The notes under the pieces are model-generated. The model was not told where the DNA came from, did no database searches, and saw nothing but the letters and a program-made list of their open reading frames with translations. A DNA stretch of 64,000 bases from a virus, in the IMG/VR virus record IMGVR_UViG_3300021963_000081, positions 1 to 64,000 of that record; one strand, 5' to 3'. Position 1 is the stretch's first letter. Every line of letters starts with the position of its first letter. Of the stretch, positions 1 to 8,926 are shown piece by piece. A program made the position numbers and the translations under genes.

Positions 1-63
1 TATATCAATGATGAAATTCGTGGTGAGCGATTCAACAAATTTGAAGTGGTCGAAGATAAATAA
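1..63 (+). CDS. 3' end of a CDS entering the window (partial)
   Basis: Open frame YINDEIRGERFNKFEVVEDK* ending 6 nt before the next ATG. Confidence 0.55.
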   Translation, partial: YINDEIRGERFNKFEVVEDK

Positions 64-69
64 TATATT

Positions 70-636
70 ATGAGTCTCGTATTAGTTGTAGACAAAGGCG
101 GCATGCCCAAAGACTGGGTGAACTTCGAAATGGCAGCATGTTATTATGCCAAGAAAAAAGTTCTCTGGGAATTAGGCGCAAAAATTAAAACTATGTTCGG
201 TGGTCACAACGAACATGGTGAGCAGTCGCGCATTGATATTTCTTGTATCATTGGTGTAAGTGGTCCATTGCTTGGCGATAAGTTCTATAATTCTCAGACT
301 ATCTTCGCTGATCGTATGACGCTGTATTCTCGCGATCAGCATCTTTGCGCATATTGCGGAAATGAATTCAGCACCAGTCAATTAACGATTGACCATGTTC
401 ATCCAAAGTCGCGCGGAGGTAGCAACCAGTGGGCGAATTGTGTCACTGCTTGCCGTCCCTGTAATCACCGAAAGGGTAATCGAACTCCAGAAGAAGCCAG
501 GATGCATCTTCTCTATGTTCCATATGCTCCGACAGTTCATGAGCGTATACTACTAAAGAATCGTAAAGTTCTAGCAGACCAGATGGAGTATCTGAAAGCC
601 AGTATTCCGAAAAATTCTCGTATTTGGAGAAATTAG
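70..636 (+). CDS. HNH endonuclease (McrA-like, Zn-binding)
   Basis: RDQHLCAYCG...LTIDHVHPKSRGG...NCVTACRPCNHRKG motif. Confidence 0.9.
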   Translation: MSLVLVVDKGGMPKDWVNFEMAACYYAKKKVLWELGAKIKTMFGGHNEHGEQSRIDISCIIGVSGPLLGDKFYNSQTIFADRMTLYSRDQHLCAYCGNEFSTSQLTIDHVHPKSRGGSNQWANCVTACRPCNHRKGNRTPEEARMHLLYVPYAPTVHERILLKNRKVLADQMEYLKASIPKNSRIWRN

Positions 637-1187
637 TGGAACTGCCAACCTTTCAGCATATTCAAACGTTTGACAACTTTCTAACAGAAGAAGAATTTGT
701 TGAGTGTGAGAATCATCTTCTTCGCCCTATGTGGGAGAGAACAAACTCAAACGCTGCGATGGGCGTAGAATGTTTATTCTGGAGAATGGATTTAAAGAAA
801 GATAAGTTCTTCTCAAAACATCTGTTCACTAAAATTCAAAAAACACTCAAAAGAAAGTTTGAGATTTTTGACCTTTATGCAAATGGGTCTTCAACATCGA
901 TGGCGAGTTTTCCCCATATAGACGCCAGAGAACACGGAGTTCATGTATTTCTTCTCTATGTAAATAGAGACTGGCAAATTGAGTGGGGTGGGCATACGAC
1001 ATTCTTGAATAAATACTTCGATATTGACGAAGATACTGAGGTTGGAACTAATGAAACAATCAGTATTCTTCCTCGTCCGAACTCTGCTTTGTTCTTTCCT
1101 GGAAATATTGTACATCTTTCGGAAGCACCAAGCAGAGAGTTTAGAGGTTTAAGGCAGACTATTGCGTTTCGATTAAGAGAAGTTTAA
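624..1187 (+). CDS. 2OG-Fe(II) oxygenase
   Basis: HxD (PHID), LLYVNRDWQIEWGGHT, distal His (IVHLS) and Arg (GLRQTIAF). Confidence 0.85.
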   Translation: MEKLVELPTFQHIQTFDNFLTEEEFVECENHLLRPMWERTNSNAAMGVECLFWRMDLKKDKFFSKHLFTKIQKTLKRKFEIFDLYANGSSTSMASFPHIDAREHGVHVFLLYVNRDWQIEWGGHTTFLNKYFDIDEDTEVGTNETISILPRPNSALFFPGNIVHLSEAPSREFRGLRQTIAFRLREV

Positions 1188-1879
1188 TGCTAACAGTAAT
1201 TACACCTACAATGTGGAAACATGCTCCGTTTATTGGGATGCTCGAGCTTCTTGTGAGTGTTGCGTCAGTGGGTGAGATATTAATTATCGACAATCATCAA
1301 GAAGTGATGCCAAATGCAGATGTACTCAAGCACAGCAAAGTTCGTGTCTATAAAAGATTAAAGAACATGTATGTCTGCCCTGCATGGAATCTTGCTGTCA
1401 GTCTTGCGAAACACGATAAACTCGCGTTCCTTGCAGACGATATTGATGTAGATGTGAAAGTTTTTGATAAAGTTGATACTTTCTTGAACGACAACGTTGG
1501 TATGGTTACGGTTCTATCACCTGATAAAGAATCAGATGAATATGAAGATTTCCTAACAACCAAAACCATTAAGATCACAAAGTCTACACCAGAAGATGGT
1601 GTTGATAAACCAAATCCGATCGGGATTGGTAATCTATTCTTTATGATGAAGAAGCATTGGTTAAATATCCCAGATAAACTAAAGATCATGGGTGGTGCAA
1701 GTTATCAGTGGAATAAACAACATATCGTTAGACAAAACTATATTGTTTATGATTGTGAAATGAGCACACCACATAAAGTCACAATTGACAAACTCGAAGA
1801 GAATCCAGAAAATAAAATTTCGGAAATTCTTCGCGCTGATGAAACTTATTATAACTCTTTATTTGGAAGTAATGTATGA
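1187..1879 (+). CDS. GT-A fold (GT2-like) glycosyltransferase
   Basis: LTVITPT start, EILIIDN, NMYVCPAWN, LAFLADDID; paralogue of 2719-3417. Confidence 0.75.
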   Translation: MLTVITPTMWKHAPFIGMLELLVSVASVGEILIIDNHQEVMPNADVLKHSKVRVYKRLKNMYVCPAWNLAVSLAKHDKLAFLADDIDVDVKVFDKVDTFLNDNVGMVTVLSPDKESDEYEDFLTTKTIKITKSTPEDGVDKPNPIGIGNLFFMMKKHWLNIPDKLKIMGGASYQWNKQHIVRQNYIVYDCEMSTPHKVTIDKLEENPENKISEILRADETYYNSLFGSNV

Positions 1880-2019
1880 GCACAGGTGGAAAGGGAAGTA
1901 AGCCGAGACCATTAAGCATTCCAAGAAAACAGTTTGAAGATAACTGGAATCGTATCTTTGGTAAAAAGAAACGAATTAGTAAACCCAAAAAAGAATTAAC
2001 TGAAAGAATTGCGGAGTAG
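1876..2019 (+). CDS. Small basic phage protein (47 aa), not in ORF track
   Basis: ATG overlaps upstream stop (ATGA); MSTGGKGSKPRPLSIPRKQFEDNWNRIFGKKK...; GKGSKPRP...NWxRIF type seen in T4-like phages; stop lies within the first 10 nt of the tRNA. Confidence 0.65.
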   Translation: MSTGGKGSKPRPLSIPRKQFEDNWNRIFGKKKRISKPKKELTERIAE

Positions 2020-2085
2020 ACTAGAGGTCAAGTCACCAGACTCATAATCTGGTTTTCGTAGGTTCGAATCCTGCCTCCGCTACCA
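2010..2085 (+). tRNA. tRNA with CAT anticodon (Met, initiator-like)
   Basis: Acceptor GCGGAG/CTCCGC, D stem GACT/AGTC, anticodon stem CCAGA/TCTGG with loop CTCATAA, T arm GTAGG-TTCGAAT-CCTGC, encoded CCA. Confidence 0.92.
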
Positions 2086-2090
2086 ACTTT

Positions 2091-2717
2091 ATGAAAAAAA
2101 TACTTACAATAATTTTTTTCTGTTTAACTCCTGCTTATGCGCAGGAGGTTGAACCATTACCTGGCATGCAAGAAGTCATGGCAGAAATGGTCAAAGGAAA
2201 ATATCGCGCCAGAGAATCCAGCGCAACAGCATGGGATGAATCAGATGTTCTCGTCACATCTGCTCATATTGATGCGATTATTGAGGGTGAGATCTGCAAT
2301 AATCCTCTACGCGATGTCAAGTTCGTGGGTAAAGATAAAACCAAGCCACTTATTTGGCGTCAACCACTAGCAATGGAACCTGCTGAGTTTCAGGGTTTAC
2401 TTAGAATTTTAGATGATGAGCGAACTATGGAAATGAACGTTGAGATTAAATCTCAAGGTTTAGTATTAAGAAACACCACAATTAAAATCAACAATGAATC
2501 ATTCCCATATGTTTGGTTAGGTGCAGGAAAGGTCATCAAGGGTATGAGCGGCGGTCCTGTTGTCGCAAAGAATGATGGTGCGGTTTTAGGAATTATTATG
2601 GGTCGCCCAGTAAAAGGTCTCAAAAAGTATGAGGACGTTGAGAGCAAATATACAGATCTCAATTTGTTTATTCCATACAATGTGCTGAAGGAAGTTTGGA
2701 AAGAATGTAAGAGGTGA
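2091..2717 (+). CDS. Secreted trypsin-like serine protease
   Basis: Signal peptide MKKILTIIFFCLTPAYA; VTSAH and GMSGGPV catalytic motifs. Confidence 0.75.
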   Translation: MKKILTIIFFCLTPAYAQEVEPLPGMQEVMAEMVKGKYRARESSATAWDESDVLVTSAHIDAIIEGEICNNPLRDVKFVGKDKTKPLIWRQPLAMEPAEFQGLLRILDDERTMEMNVEIKSQGLVLRNTTIKINNESFPYVWLGAGKVIKGMSGGPVVAKNDGAVLGIIMGRPVKGLKKYEDVESKYTDLNLFIPYNVLKEVWKECKR

Positions 2718-2718
2718 T

Positions 2719-3417
2719 ATGCTCTCCGTAATTATGCCAACGATGTGGAAATTCCACTACACGGTGAGATTTCTAGAGCAGATTGTTAACTATGATGCCA
2801 TCGGCGAAATTATTGTCATCGACAACGAATCATCTAGCCGACCAGAATCTGCTGTATTCACTAATCCCAAAATCAGACTCATAGATTTTGGTAAAAATAT
2901 ATTTGTAAATCCTGCCTGGAATCACGGAGCATCTACTGCTCGTTACGATAATCTTTGTTTCTTGAGTGATGATGTGATTGTTGACTTGAGATCGTTTTAC
3001 GAAGCAGATAGGTATCTGACTGCCAATAAAGACAATTCAATTGGTTTACTTTGTGGATTGTGCGAGCATGAATTGCACAATCAACCAAAAATCTCAACTG
3101 GTGAGATAGAAATCTATTCCACAAACGAGAAGCCAGGAATTGGGTTTCATGGTGGGTTCTCTTACTTCTTTTGCAGAAAAGAATCTTATATGCCAATACC
3201 AGATAAACTTAAAATTGTATGTGGTGACGCTTATCTTTGGAATAAGATGAAAGAACTTGACAAAACTCATCATATGATGTATAATTACTTTTACTACAGC
3301 CCATGGAATGTTACAGTGAATTTCATCACCAAAACCGATGAGTTGGCGCAAATTTTACGCGAAGATCTAGAAAACTGGGATCGTATGATAGAAAATAAAG
3401 AGGTTATGTACTCATGA
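2719..3417 (+). CDS. GT-A fold (GT2-like) glycosyltransferase
   Basis: LSVIMPT, EIIVIDN, NIFVNPAWN, LCFLSDDV, KIVCGD. Confidence 0.8.
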   Translation: MLSVIMPTMWKFHYTVRFLEQIVNYDAIGEIIVIDNESSSRPESAVFTNPKIRLIDFGKNIFVNPAWNHGASTARYDNLCFLSDDVIVDLRSFYEADRYLTANKDNSIGLLCGLCEHELHNQPKISTGEIEIYSTNEKPGIGFHGGFSYFFCRKESYMPIPDKLKIVCGDAYLWNKMKELDKTHHMMYNYFYYSPWNVTVNFITKTDELAQILREDLENWDRMIENKEVMYS

Positions 3418-4406
3418 GAACAATTTTAGTATTTGGACTTCCTGGCTCTGGCAAGACTACATTTGCTGCTAAACTCAAAGAACTATTTGGTGATCGTGCG
3501 ATTCATTTCAATGGAGATGAATTTCGCAAGACTTATAACGATTGGGACTTCTCAGAAGAAGGTCGTCGTCGCCAAGCGGAAAGAATGCGCAATGCTGCTT
3601 TGAATGCACACGCCGAAGGTAAACATGCCATTCTAGATTTTGTTTGTCCGAAACAAGAATATCGTAATCTGATAGATGCAGACTATGAAGTCTATATGGC
3701 AATTCCTCCTGTTCGAGATTTTCCTGACACAACTGCAATGTTTGAGAAACCTGAGAGATTGTTCGTTTGGGATATTGAAAGTTATGCCGAATCTGACAAA
3801 AGTGTTGCGGATTTATATTCTCTGATTATGGATGTAAATTACGATTACAATGCACCAACTGCTTTGATGATCGGTCGCTTTCAACCATTCCATGCAGGAC
3901 ACAAAGCATTGTTCTTGAAGGCACTTGAGAAACATGGGCAAGTCTGCATTGCTGTTCGTGATATGGTACAGGATGGTAATAATCCATTCAATGCATATGA
4001 CGTCTCAGAAAATATTAAAAGAGAACTGATTGATTATGCTGGCAAATTCGAGGTTATCGTTTTGCCAAACATCGTTGATGTTGTTTATGGTCGTGATGTG
4101 GGTTGGACGGTCAGCAAAATCGATCTTCCGCCAGAAATTGAGGCAATCAGTGCTACGGAGATACGAAAGAATATGAAGCAATTGAATTTAAATTTCCCAA
4201 ATGATTTCGATGGCGCACATCAGGTTGGTGGTGTGAATGATCAAACGGCAAAGATCTACGAAAGCCCTGACAAGGGGAAAACTATATACGAGAGAGACTT
4301 TGGGTCTGCAGAGCGCACTCTTGTTAAAACATCGGTTCAACAACAGTGGAATATCACATATAACGGAACTCGTATAGATGAAGATTATCGACGCATTCAC
4401 ATTTAA
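3414..4406 (+). CDS. Adenylyl-sulfate-kinase-like P-loop kinase fused to HxGH nucleotidyltransferase
   Basis: GLPGSGKTT, NGDEFR...DWDFSEEGRRRQAERM; C-terminal IGRFQPFHAGH and AISATEIR. Confidence 0.8.
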   Translation: MRTILVFGLPGSGKTTFAAKLKELFGDRAIHFNGDEFRKTYNDWDFSEEGRRRQAERMRNAALNAHAEGKHAILDFVCPKQEYRNLIDADYEVYMAIPPVRDFPDTTAMFEKPERLFVWDIESYAESDKSVADLYSLIMDVNYDYNAPTALMIGRFQPFHAGHKALFLKALEKHGQVCIAVRDMVQDGNNPFNAYDVSENIKRELIDYAGKFEVIVLPNIVDVVYGRDVGWTVSKIDLPPEIEAISATEIRKNMKQLNLNFPNDFDGAHQVGGVNDQTAKIYESPDKGKTIYERDFGSAERTLVKTSVQQQWNITYNGTRIDEDYRRIHI

Positions 4407-5154
4407 TAATGAGATCGATATCGTAAAGGCACGACTCGAATACCTTTACGACCATGTTGATCAATTCCTGATTATTGAGAGTAATTACACTCACACAGGA
4501 ACTGAGAAGCCACTAAACTTTGCAAACAATCTTTCTCAGTTTGCGAAGTATAGAAATAAGATCAGTCTACGTTGTCTTTCCGTCGATAAAGAATACGATT
4601 TTACAGACTCTTGGAAACTCGAGAATGCACAACGAAATTTTATCGGTATGTGCGTCGACGAGTATTCAAACGACGATATTATTATGGTGAGTGATGCGGA
4701 CGAAATTCCAGATCGCTCAGTTTTCTCTCAATTAAAGTTGATGATGAAGACTCACGATATTGTCAGATTTAATGAGACGATGTTTTATTATAATCTATCA
4801 ACACGACTCACATCTTTCCCATTCTGGGGTGCCAGTTACGCAGCAAAGAAAAGTTATCTAACTGCTAAAGGCGCAAACAATTTAAGAATGGGATTGCGCG
4901 AGGATAGTGATGGTGGTCTTTCTGCTGGTTGGCATCTAACATACTTCATGACACCAGTGCAAATTAAATCGAAACTAGAAAGTTTTGCACATAATATGTA
5001 CAACACAGATTACTATAAGGATCTTGAACGTCTGCAAGAATGCATCGATGAACGCAGAGACTTGTTTGATCGTGAGGACCATCACTTTGAAGAAGTAGAT
5101 CCAGAAACATATTTCCCAGAGGAATTCTTACGAATCTTTAGTAAGTGGAAATGA
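4378..5154 (+). CDS. Glycosyltransferase family 17-like (beta-1,4-GlcNAc transferase)
   Basis: KIIDAFTFNNEIDI, ESNYTHTGTEKPL, ENAQRN, SDADEIP, GWHLTYF, KLESFAH. Confidence 0.85.
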   Translation: MKIIDAFTFNNEIDIVKARLEYLYDHVDQFLIIESNYTHTGTEKPLNFANNLSQFAKYRNKISLRCLSVDKEYDFTDSWKLENAQRNFIGMCVDEYSNDDIIMVSDADEIPDRSVFSQLKLMMKTHDIVRFNETMFYYNLSTRLTSFPFWGASYAAKKSYLTAKGANNLRMGLREDSDGGLSAGWHLTYFMTPVQIKSKLESFAHNMYNTDYYKDLERLQECIDERRDLFDREDHHFEEVDPETYFPEEFLRIFSKWK

Positions 5155-5160
5155 TAATGT

Positions 5161-6159
5161 ATGAAAGTTCTTTTTCATGCAGAGCAGTTGAATTATCGCG
5201 GAACTACTAACTCGATTCTAGAGTACGCTCGCTACAATCAAGAAATTCTAGGCAACGAATCAATCGTTGTTTACTCTCAAGAAACTCCAGAAGGAGTTGA
5301 TGTTGGCTCTGTCCCTGAAGTGGTTGATCAAGTTAAATCTCAATATAAGACTCTTACTTACGAAAGTAATGATCATCTAAATCGTCTTGCTGCTGACTAT
5401 GATTTCTTTTATAGTCAACGCGCAGGTGAGAAAGTCGACTCTCACACTCAGCGCAAAAACGCAATCATCGATACTACAAAGTTTGGCGTGCATTGCGTCT
5501 TTCAGTGGTACGATCCACACGGTGATGTTTATGCGTATATCTCAGAGTGGATGTCAAAAAAGATTGCAGAAAATTATGGTGTAGAGAAACCCATTCCATG
5601 GGTCCCTTATGTTGTTAAGATGCCTGAGCCAAACTTTGACACAAGAGCATTTTTTAATATTCCGAAAGACAAATTTGTAGTAGGTCGCCACGGTGGATAC
5701 AATACACTGGATATTAAACAAACCATCGATGCAATCATTAAAATCGTAGAAACTCGAGATGACATTGTCTTTCTTTTAGCGAATACGAAGCCATTCTACG
5801 AGCATCGAAATATCATCTATGCTCCTCCATTCTTTGGACAGCAACAAAAAGCGAACTACATTGGTGCATGTGATATGATGCTGCATGGTCGATTCTTGGG
5901 AGAATCATTTGGTCTTTCTATCGCAGAGTTTCTTTATCAGAACAAGCCAGTGTTAGCATGGAACGGTGGATTTGATCAGAACCATGTTCAAACACTTAAA
6001 CCGTTTGATCTTCTTTATAGTCCAGATGTAGATGAGATTTGCCAACGAATCATTAATCTTAAAGAAAATCCCAGGAAGTTGTATTACAAGGGTGCCGTTG
6101 ATCGCTACTCACCATACAATGTCATGCAGCAATTCAAGAGAGTATTCCTAGATGCTTAA
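5161..6159 (+). CDS. GT-B fold glycosyltransferase (GT4-like)
   Basis: CDMMLHGRFLGESFGLSIAE..KPVL motif. Confidence 0.8.
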   Translation: MKVLFHAEQLNYRGTTNSILEYARYNQEILGNESIVVYSQETPEGVDVGSVPEVVDQVKSQYKTLTYESNDHLNRLAADYDFFYSQRAGEKVDSHTQRKNAIIDTTKFGVHCVFQWYDPHGDVYAYISEWMSKKIAENYGVEKPIPWVPYVVKMPEPNFDTRAFFNIPKDKFVVGRHGGYNTLDIKQTIDAIIKIVETRDDIVFLLANTKPFYEHRNIIYAPPFFGQQQKANYIGACDMMLHGRFLGESFGLSIAEFLYQNKPVLAWNGGFDQNHVQTLKPFDLLYSPDVDEICQRIINLKENPRKLYYKGAVDRYSPYNVMQQFKRVFLDA

Positions 6160-7114
6160 TGTTTTATTTCATGCATTTAATCTGGGGCATCGTGGGGGAA
6201 CAAACTCTCTACGAGATTATGCGATTTACAACGAAACAATTCTAGGAAATCGCAGCACCATTCTATATCACACCGAAGGTCATCAGCGTTCTGAGCCTGA
6301 TGTGATAGAATCGTTGTCTAAAAGATTCGAATTAATTCCTGTATCAACAAACAGAGAAGTTGATGCTCTCGTAAAACCATTTGATGTTGTCTACAGTCAG
6401 CGCAGCGGATATGACGAAGAACCGAGCATTCGTTCTGCTCCATTTTTACTGCACGGAGTGTTTTGTAACTATACTGATCAGTGCACTCGGTTTGCATATG
6501 TGTCAAAGTATCTTTCTGATCGTATGAAATTTAATGTTGGCAAAGATGTCGCTTATGTTCCACATATGATTGATCTACCACAGCCGAATGATAATCTCAG
6601 AAAACAATTAAACATTTCTGATGATCAATTTGTGTTTGGAAGAATCGGTGGTTGGTTAGAGTTTGACATTCCATTTGTTCATGACGCCATTTCTAAAATT
6701 CTATCTGTTCGTAAAGATCTTGTTTTCTTATTTGTAAATACTAAACCATTCATAGAACACGAGAATGTAATCTATCTTCCAAAGTCATTTGATCAGCAGT
6801 TTAAAAGTAACTTTATTAATACATGCGATGCGATGATTCATGCAAGAGAGATGGGTGAGACATTTGGTATTGCGATGATGGAGTTCTTACAATTCAATAA
6901 ACCTGTACTTGCATGGGAGAAGGGCAACGATTTAAATCACGTCGAAACTCTTCAGCCATTTAATCTGCTATATAATTCAGAGGACATAGTCCAGAAAATT
7001 TGCGATTTGGCAGACAATCGAAAGCGATATGATTTCTCTAATGTTGTTGCTGAGTATACTCCAGCAATTGTGATGAAAAAATTTGATGAGGTGTTTCTTC
7101 ATGGCATTAAATAA
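6152..7114 (+). CDS. GT-B fold glycosyltransferase, paralogue of 5161-6159
   Basis: CDAMIHAREMGETFGIAMME..KPVL; colinear similarity to the preceding gene. Confidence 0.8.
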   Translation: MLNVLFHAFNLGHRGGTNSLRDYAIYNETILGNRSTILYHTEGHQRSEPDVIESLSKRFELIPVSTNREVDALVKPFDVVYSQRSGYDEEPSIRSAPFLLHGVFCNYTDQCTRFAYVSKYLSDRMKFNVGKDVAYVPHMIDLPQPNDNLRKQLNISDDQFVFGRIGGWLEFDIPFVHDAISKILSVRKDLVFLFVNTKPFIEHENVIYLPKSFDQQFKSNFINTCDAMIHAREMGETFGIAMMEFLQFNKPVLAWEKGNDLNHVETLQPFNLLYNSEDIVQKICDLADNRKRYDFSNVVAEYTPAIVMKKFDEVFLHGIK

Positions 7115-7757
7115 ATTTCTCTTTAATACAAGAGCAAAGGGTTTACCTATTGACGTTGTTTACGACGTTGGTGCATTTCGTGGTCAATGGAGTATGGATC
7201 TGAAGTATAACGTTCTTCAGAATGCTCGATTCTATCTTTTTGAAGGAAACAAAGAATGTGAGGAAAGTTTGAAGGAAAAGAAGTTGATGTACTTCATGGA
7301 CGTTCTTGCTGATCCAGGTCGCGGTGAAGTTGACTTCTATAATGGTACAAACACTGGCGACTCATACTATCAAGAGACGACCAAAATCTATGAGAACTTT
7401 CAACCCATTCGAGTTCCAACAACAACGTTGGATGAGTTGATTGACAAACATAATTTGCCGATTCCAGATTTCATCAAACTCGACACTCAAGGTTCTGAGT
7501 TAGATATCCTCAAAGGCGCAACAAAGATCGTCGGTAAGACTCCATTGATCTTCACAGAAATGCCAATCATTGAGTATAACAAAGGCGCACCGAAATTTTC
7601 AGAATACATGGATTTCTTCAAAGCGCATGATTACATTCCAATTGATATTTTTGATATTCATCGCGCCGAAGAGACTCTGATGCAGGTTGATATCATGTTC
7701 ATGCTCCGCAAAGAGAAGTATAGAATTCTTGGCGAGAACGACGTAATCAGAGTCTGA
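7101..7757 (+). CDS. FkbM-family SAM methyltransferase
   Basis: VYDVGAFRGQW, TTLDEL, FIKLDTQGSELDILKGA; ATG at 7101 after GAGG. Confidence 0.88.
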   Translation: MALNKFLFNTRAKGLPIDVVYDVGAFRGQWSMDLKYNVLQNARFYLFEGNKECEESLKEKKLMYFMDVLADPGRGEVDFYNGTNTGDSYYQETTKIYENFQPIRVPTTTLDELIDKHNLPIPDFIKLDTQGSELDILKGATKIVGKTPLIFTEMPIIEYNKGAPKFSEYMDFFKAHDYIPIDIFDIHRAEETLMQVDIMFMLRKEKYRILGENDVIRV

Positions 7758-7851
7758 GGTCGAGAGAGCCGTTCTCCCCCTCTCCCCCTACCCTCGGGAA
7801 CCCCTAAAACGACCCCTCTCCTCGGGCTTCTCGCTCGGCGAGAGAGGCTGT

Positions 7852-7913
7852 CGTAAGTTATTGATTTCCTTCAGTTTTTTACTATTGCTTTTGCAGACCG
7901 TCTGAGGCATAAT
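7852..7913 (+). promoter_or_regulatory. Sigma70-like promoter with upstream CGTAAGTTATTGATTT motif
   Basis: TTGCTT (7885) -17 nt- CATAAT (7908); the 16-nt motif recurs at 8253. Confidence 0.6.
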
Positions 7914-7963
7914 TGTCTTATCGGATGGGAAATCGTTCCCGCGAAATAGGAAGGAAGAAGATT

Positions 7964-8257
7964 ATGGGTTTCACTCTAAACGAAATGAAGAACACTCTCG
8001 TGCGTGAGCGTGAGGTTGTGCGTGATATGCTCGCTGATATGAAGCGCATGCGTGCAGCGATTCGAGAATCGCGAAAGTTGCAGCGCGTTTTGCGCACCGA
8101 TATCCGTCGTGAGCAGCAGATCAATCGTGTCGTGAAGGCTGATGCTCGTGCGGCTGCGAAGGCTGCGCGGATTCTGGCTCGAAACCAGCGAGCGCATGCG
8201 CGTATCGCGAAGTTGGAGGCTCGTATCGAGGCTATGCGTCTGAAGGCAGCAGCGTAA
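7964..8257 (+). CDS. Small Arg/Ala-rich coiled-coil protein
   Basis: ATG after AGGAAGGAAG; ends ARIAKLEARIEAMRLKAAA. Confidence 0.7.
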   Translation: MGFTLNEMKNTLVREREVVRDMLADMKRMRAAIRESRKLQRVLRTDIRREQQINRVVKADARAAAKAARILARNQRAHARIAKLEARIEAMRLKAAA

Positions 8258-8313
8258 GTTGTTGATTTGTAAAGGTTTTTTCCTGTTGCGTTTTTCTTGC
8301 AAAAAGGTATAAT
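8253..8313 (+). promoter_or_regulatory. Sigma70-like promoter with upstream CGTAAGTTGTTGATTT motif
   Basis: TTGCGT (8286) -16 nt- TATAAT (8308). Confidence 0.6.
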
Positions 8314-8319
8314 TGTATT

Positions 8320-8640
8320 ATGATGAATGAAACGAAAACCCAAGCCGCGCTGGGCATTGCGCGTCAGGAACTCAAGGACACTCTTGAGCGTGTAAAGGAA
8401 CTCCGTGTGAAGATTGCGAATCTGCGTCTTGACGTGGCTGCTGAGCGTGAGGCGCGCAAGGTTGCGCGTGTCGAGAAACGTGCGGCGAAGATTGCTGCAA
8501 TGGAGGCGCGAGTTGCCGAGATGCGTCTGAAGGCAAACGCACCGAAGCAGATTCGTAAGAACTATCGTAAGGCGAGTGATGCTGTGGTTTATACTGCCGA
8601 GCAGATCGCCGCGCTCAATGCTGAGCGAGGTCTTGCCTAA
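8320..8640 (+). CDS. Small basic coiled-coil protein, related to 7964-8257
   Basis: Shares AKIAAMEARVAEMRLKA segment; ATG 6 nt after the -10 box. Confidence 0.7.
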   Translation: MMNETKTQAALGIARQELKDTLERVKELRVKIANLRLDVAAEREARKVARVEKRAAKIAAMEARVAEMRLKANAPKQIRKNYRKASDAVVYTAEQIAALNAERGLA

Positions 8641-8849
8641 TGAATACTGCGAATCCTCTTGCGCTGGCGAGTGCCAGCGATATCAAGACTCTGGTCTCGA
8701 CTGGTGCAGTGGCTCACGCTGATGCGATTGCTCGTGTGGATTCGGTTCTGACTCGCAAGAGTCTGACCGATGGCAAGAAGGCGCGATGGACTCGTCTCCG
8801 CGAGTGGCTCGTGCGAGAGCAAGCCCAGACTGAGGCTGTGATTGCGTAA
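8640..8849 (+). CDS. Hypothetical protein (69 aa)
   Basis: TAATG coupling to upstream gene. Confidence 0.65.
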   Translation: MNTANPLALASASDIKTLVSTGAVAHADAIARVDSVLTRKSLTDGKKARWTRLREWLVREQAQTEAVIA

Positions 8850-8859
8850 TTCTTGCTGG

Positions 8860-8888
8860 TTTACTTTTGCTTTGATTTGTTTTATACT
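8860..8888 (+). promoter_or_regulatory. Sigma70-like promoter
   Basis: TTTACT -17 nt- TATACT; near copy at 12880. Confidence 0.65.
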
Positions 8889-8926
8889 ATTGTTGTCCGT
8901 TGTTATTGTTATGGAGATTTTTTATT

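Noticed and set aside
7918-8343. Minus-strand 141-aa and 108-aa ORFs
   Set aside because: Antisense to plus-strand genes that have promoters and an RBS; GC-rich codons explain the lack of stops.
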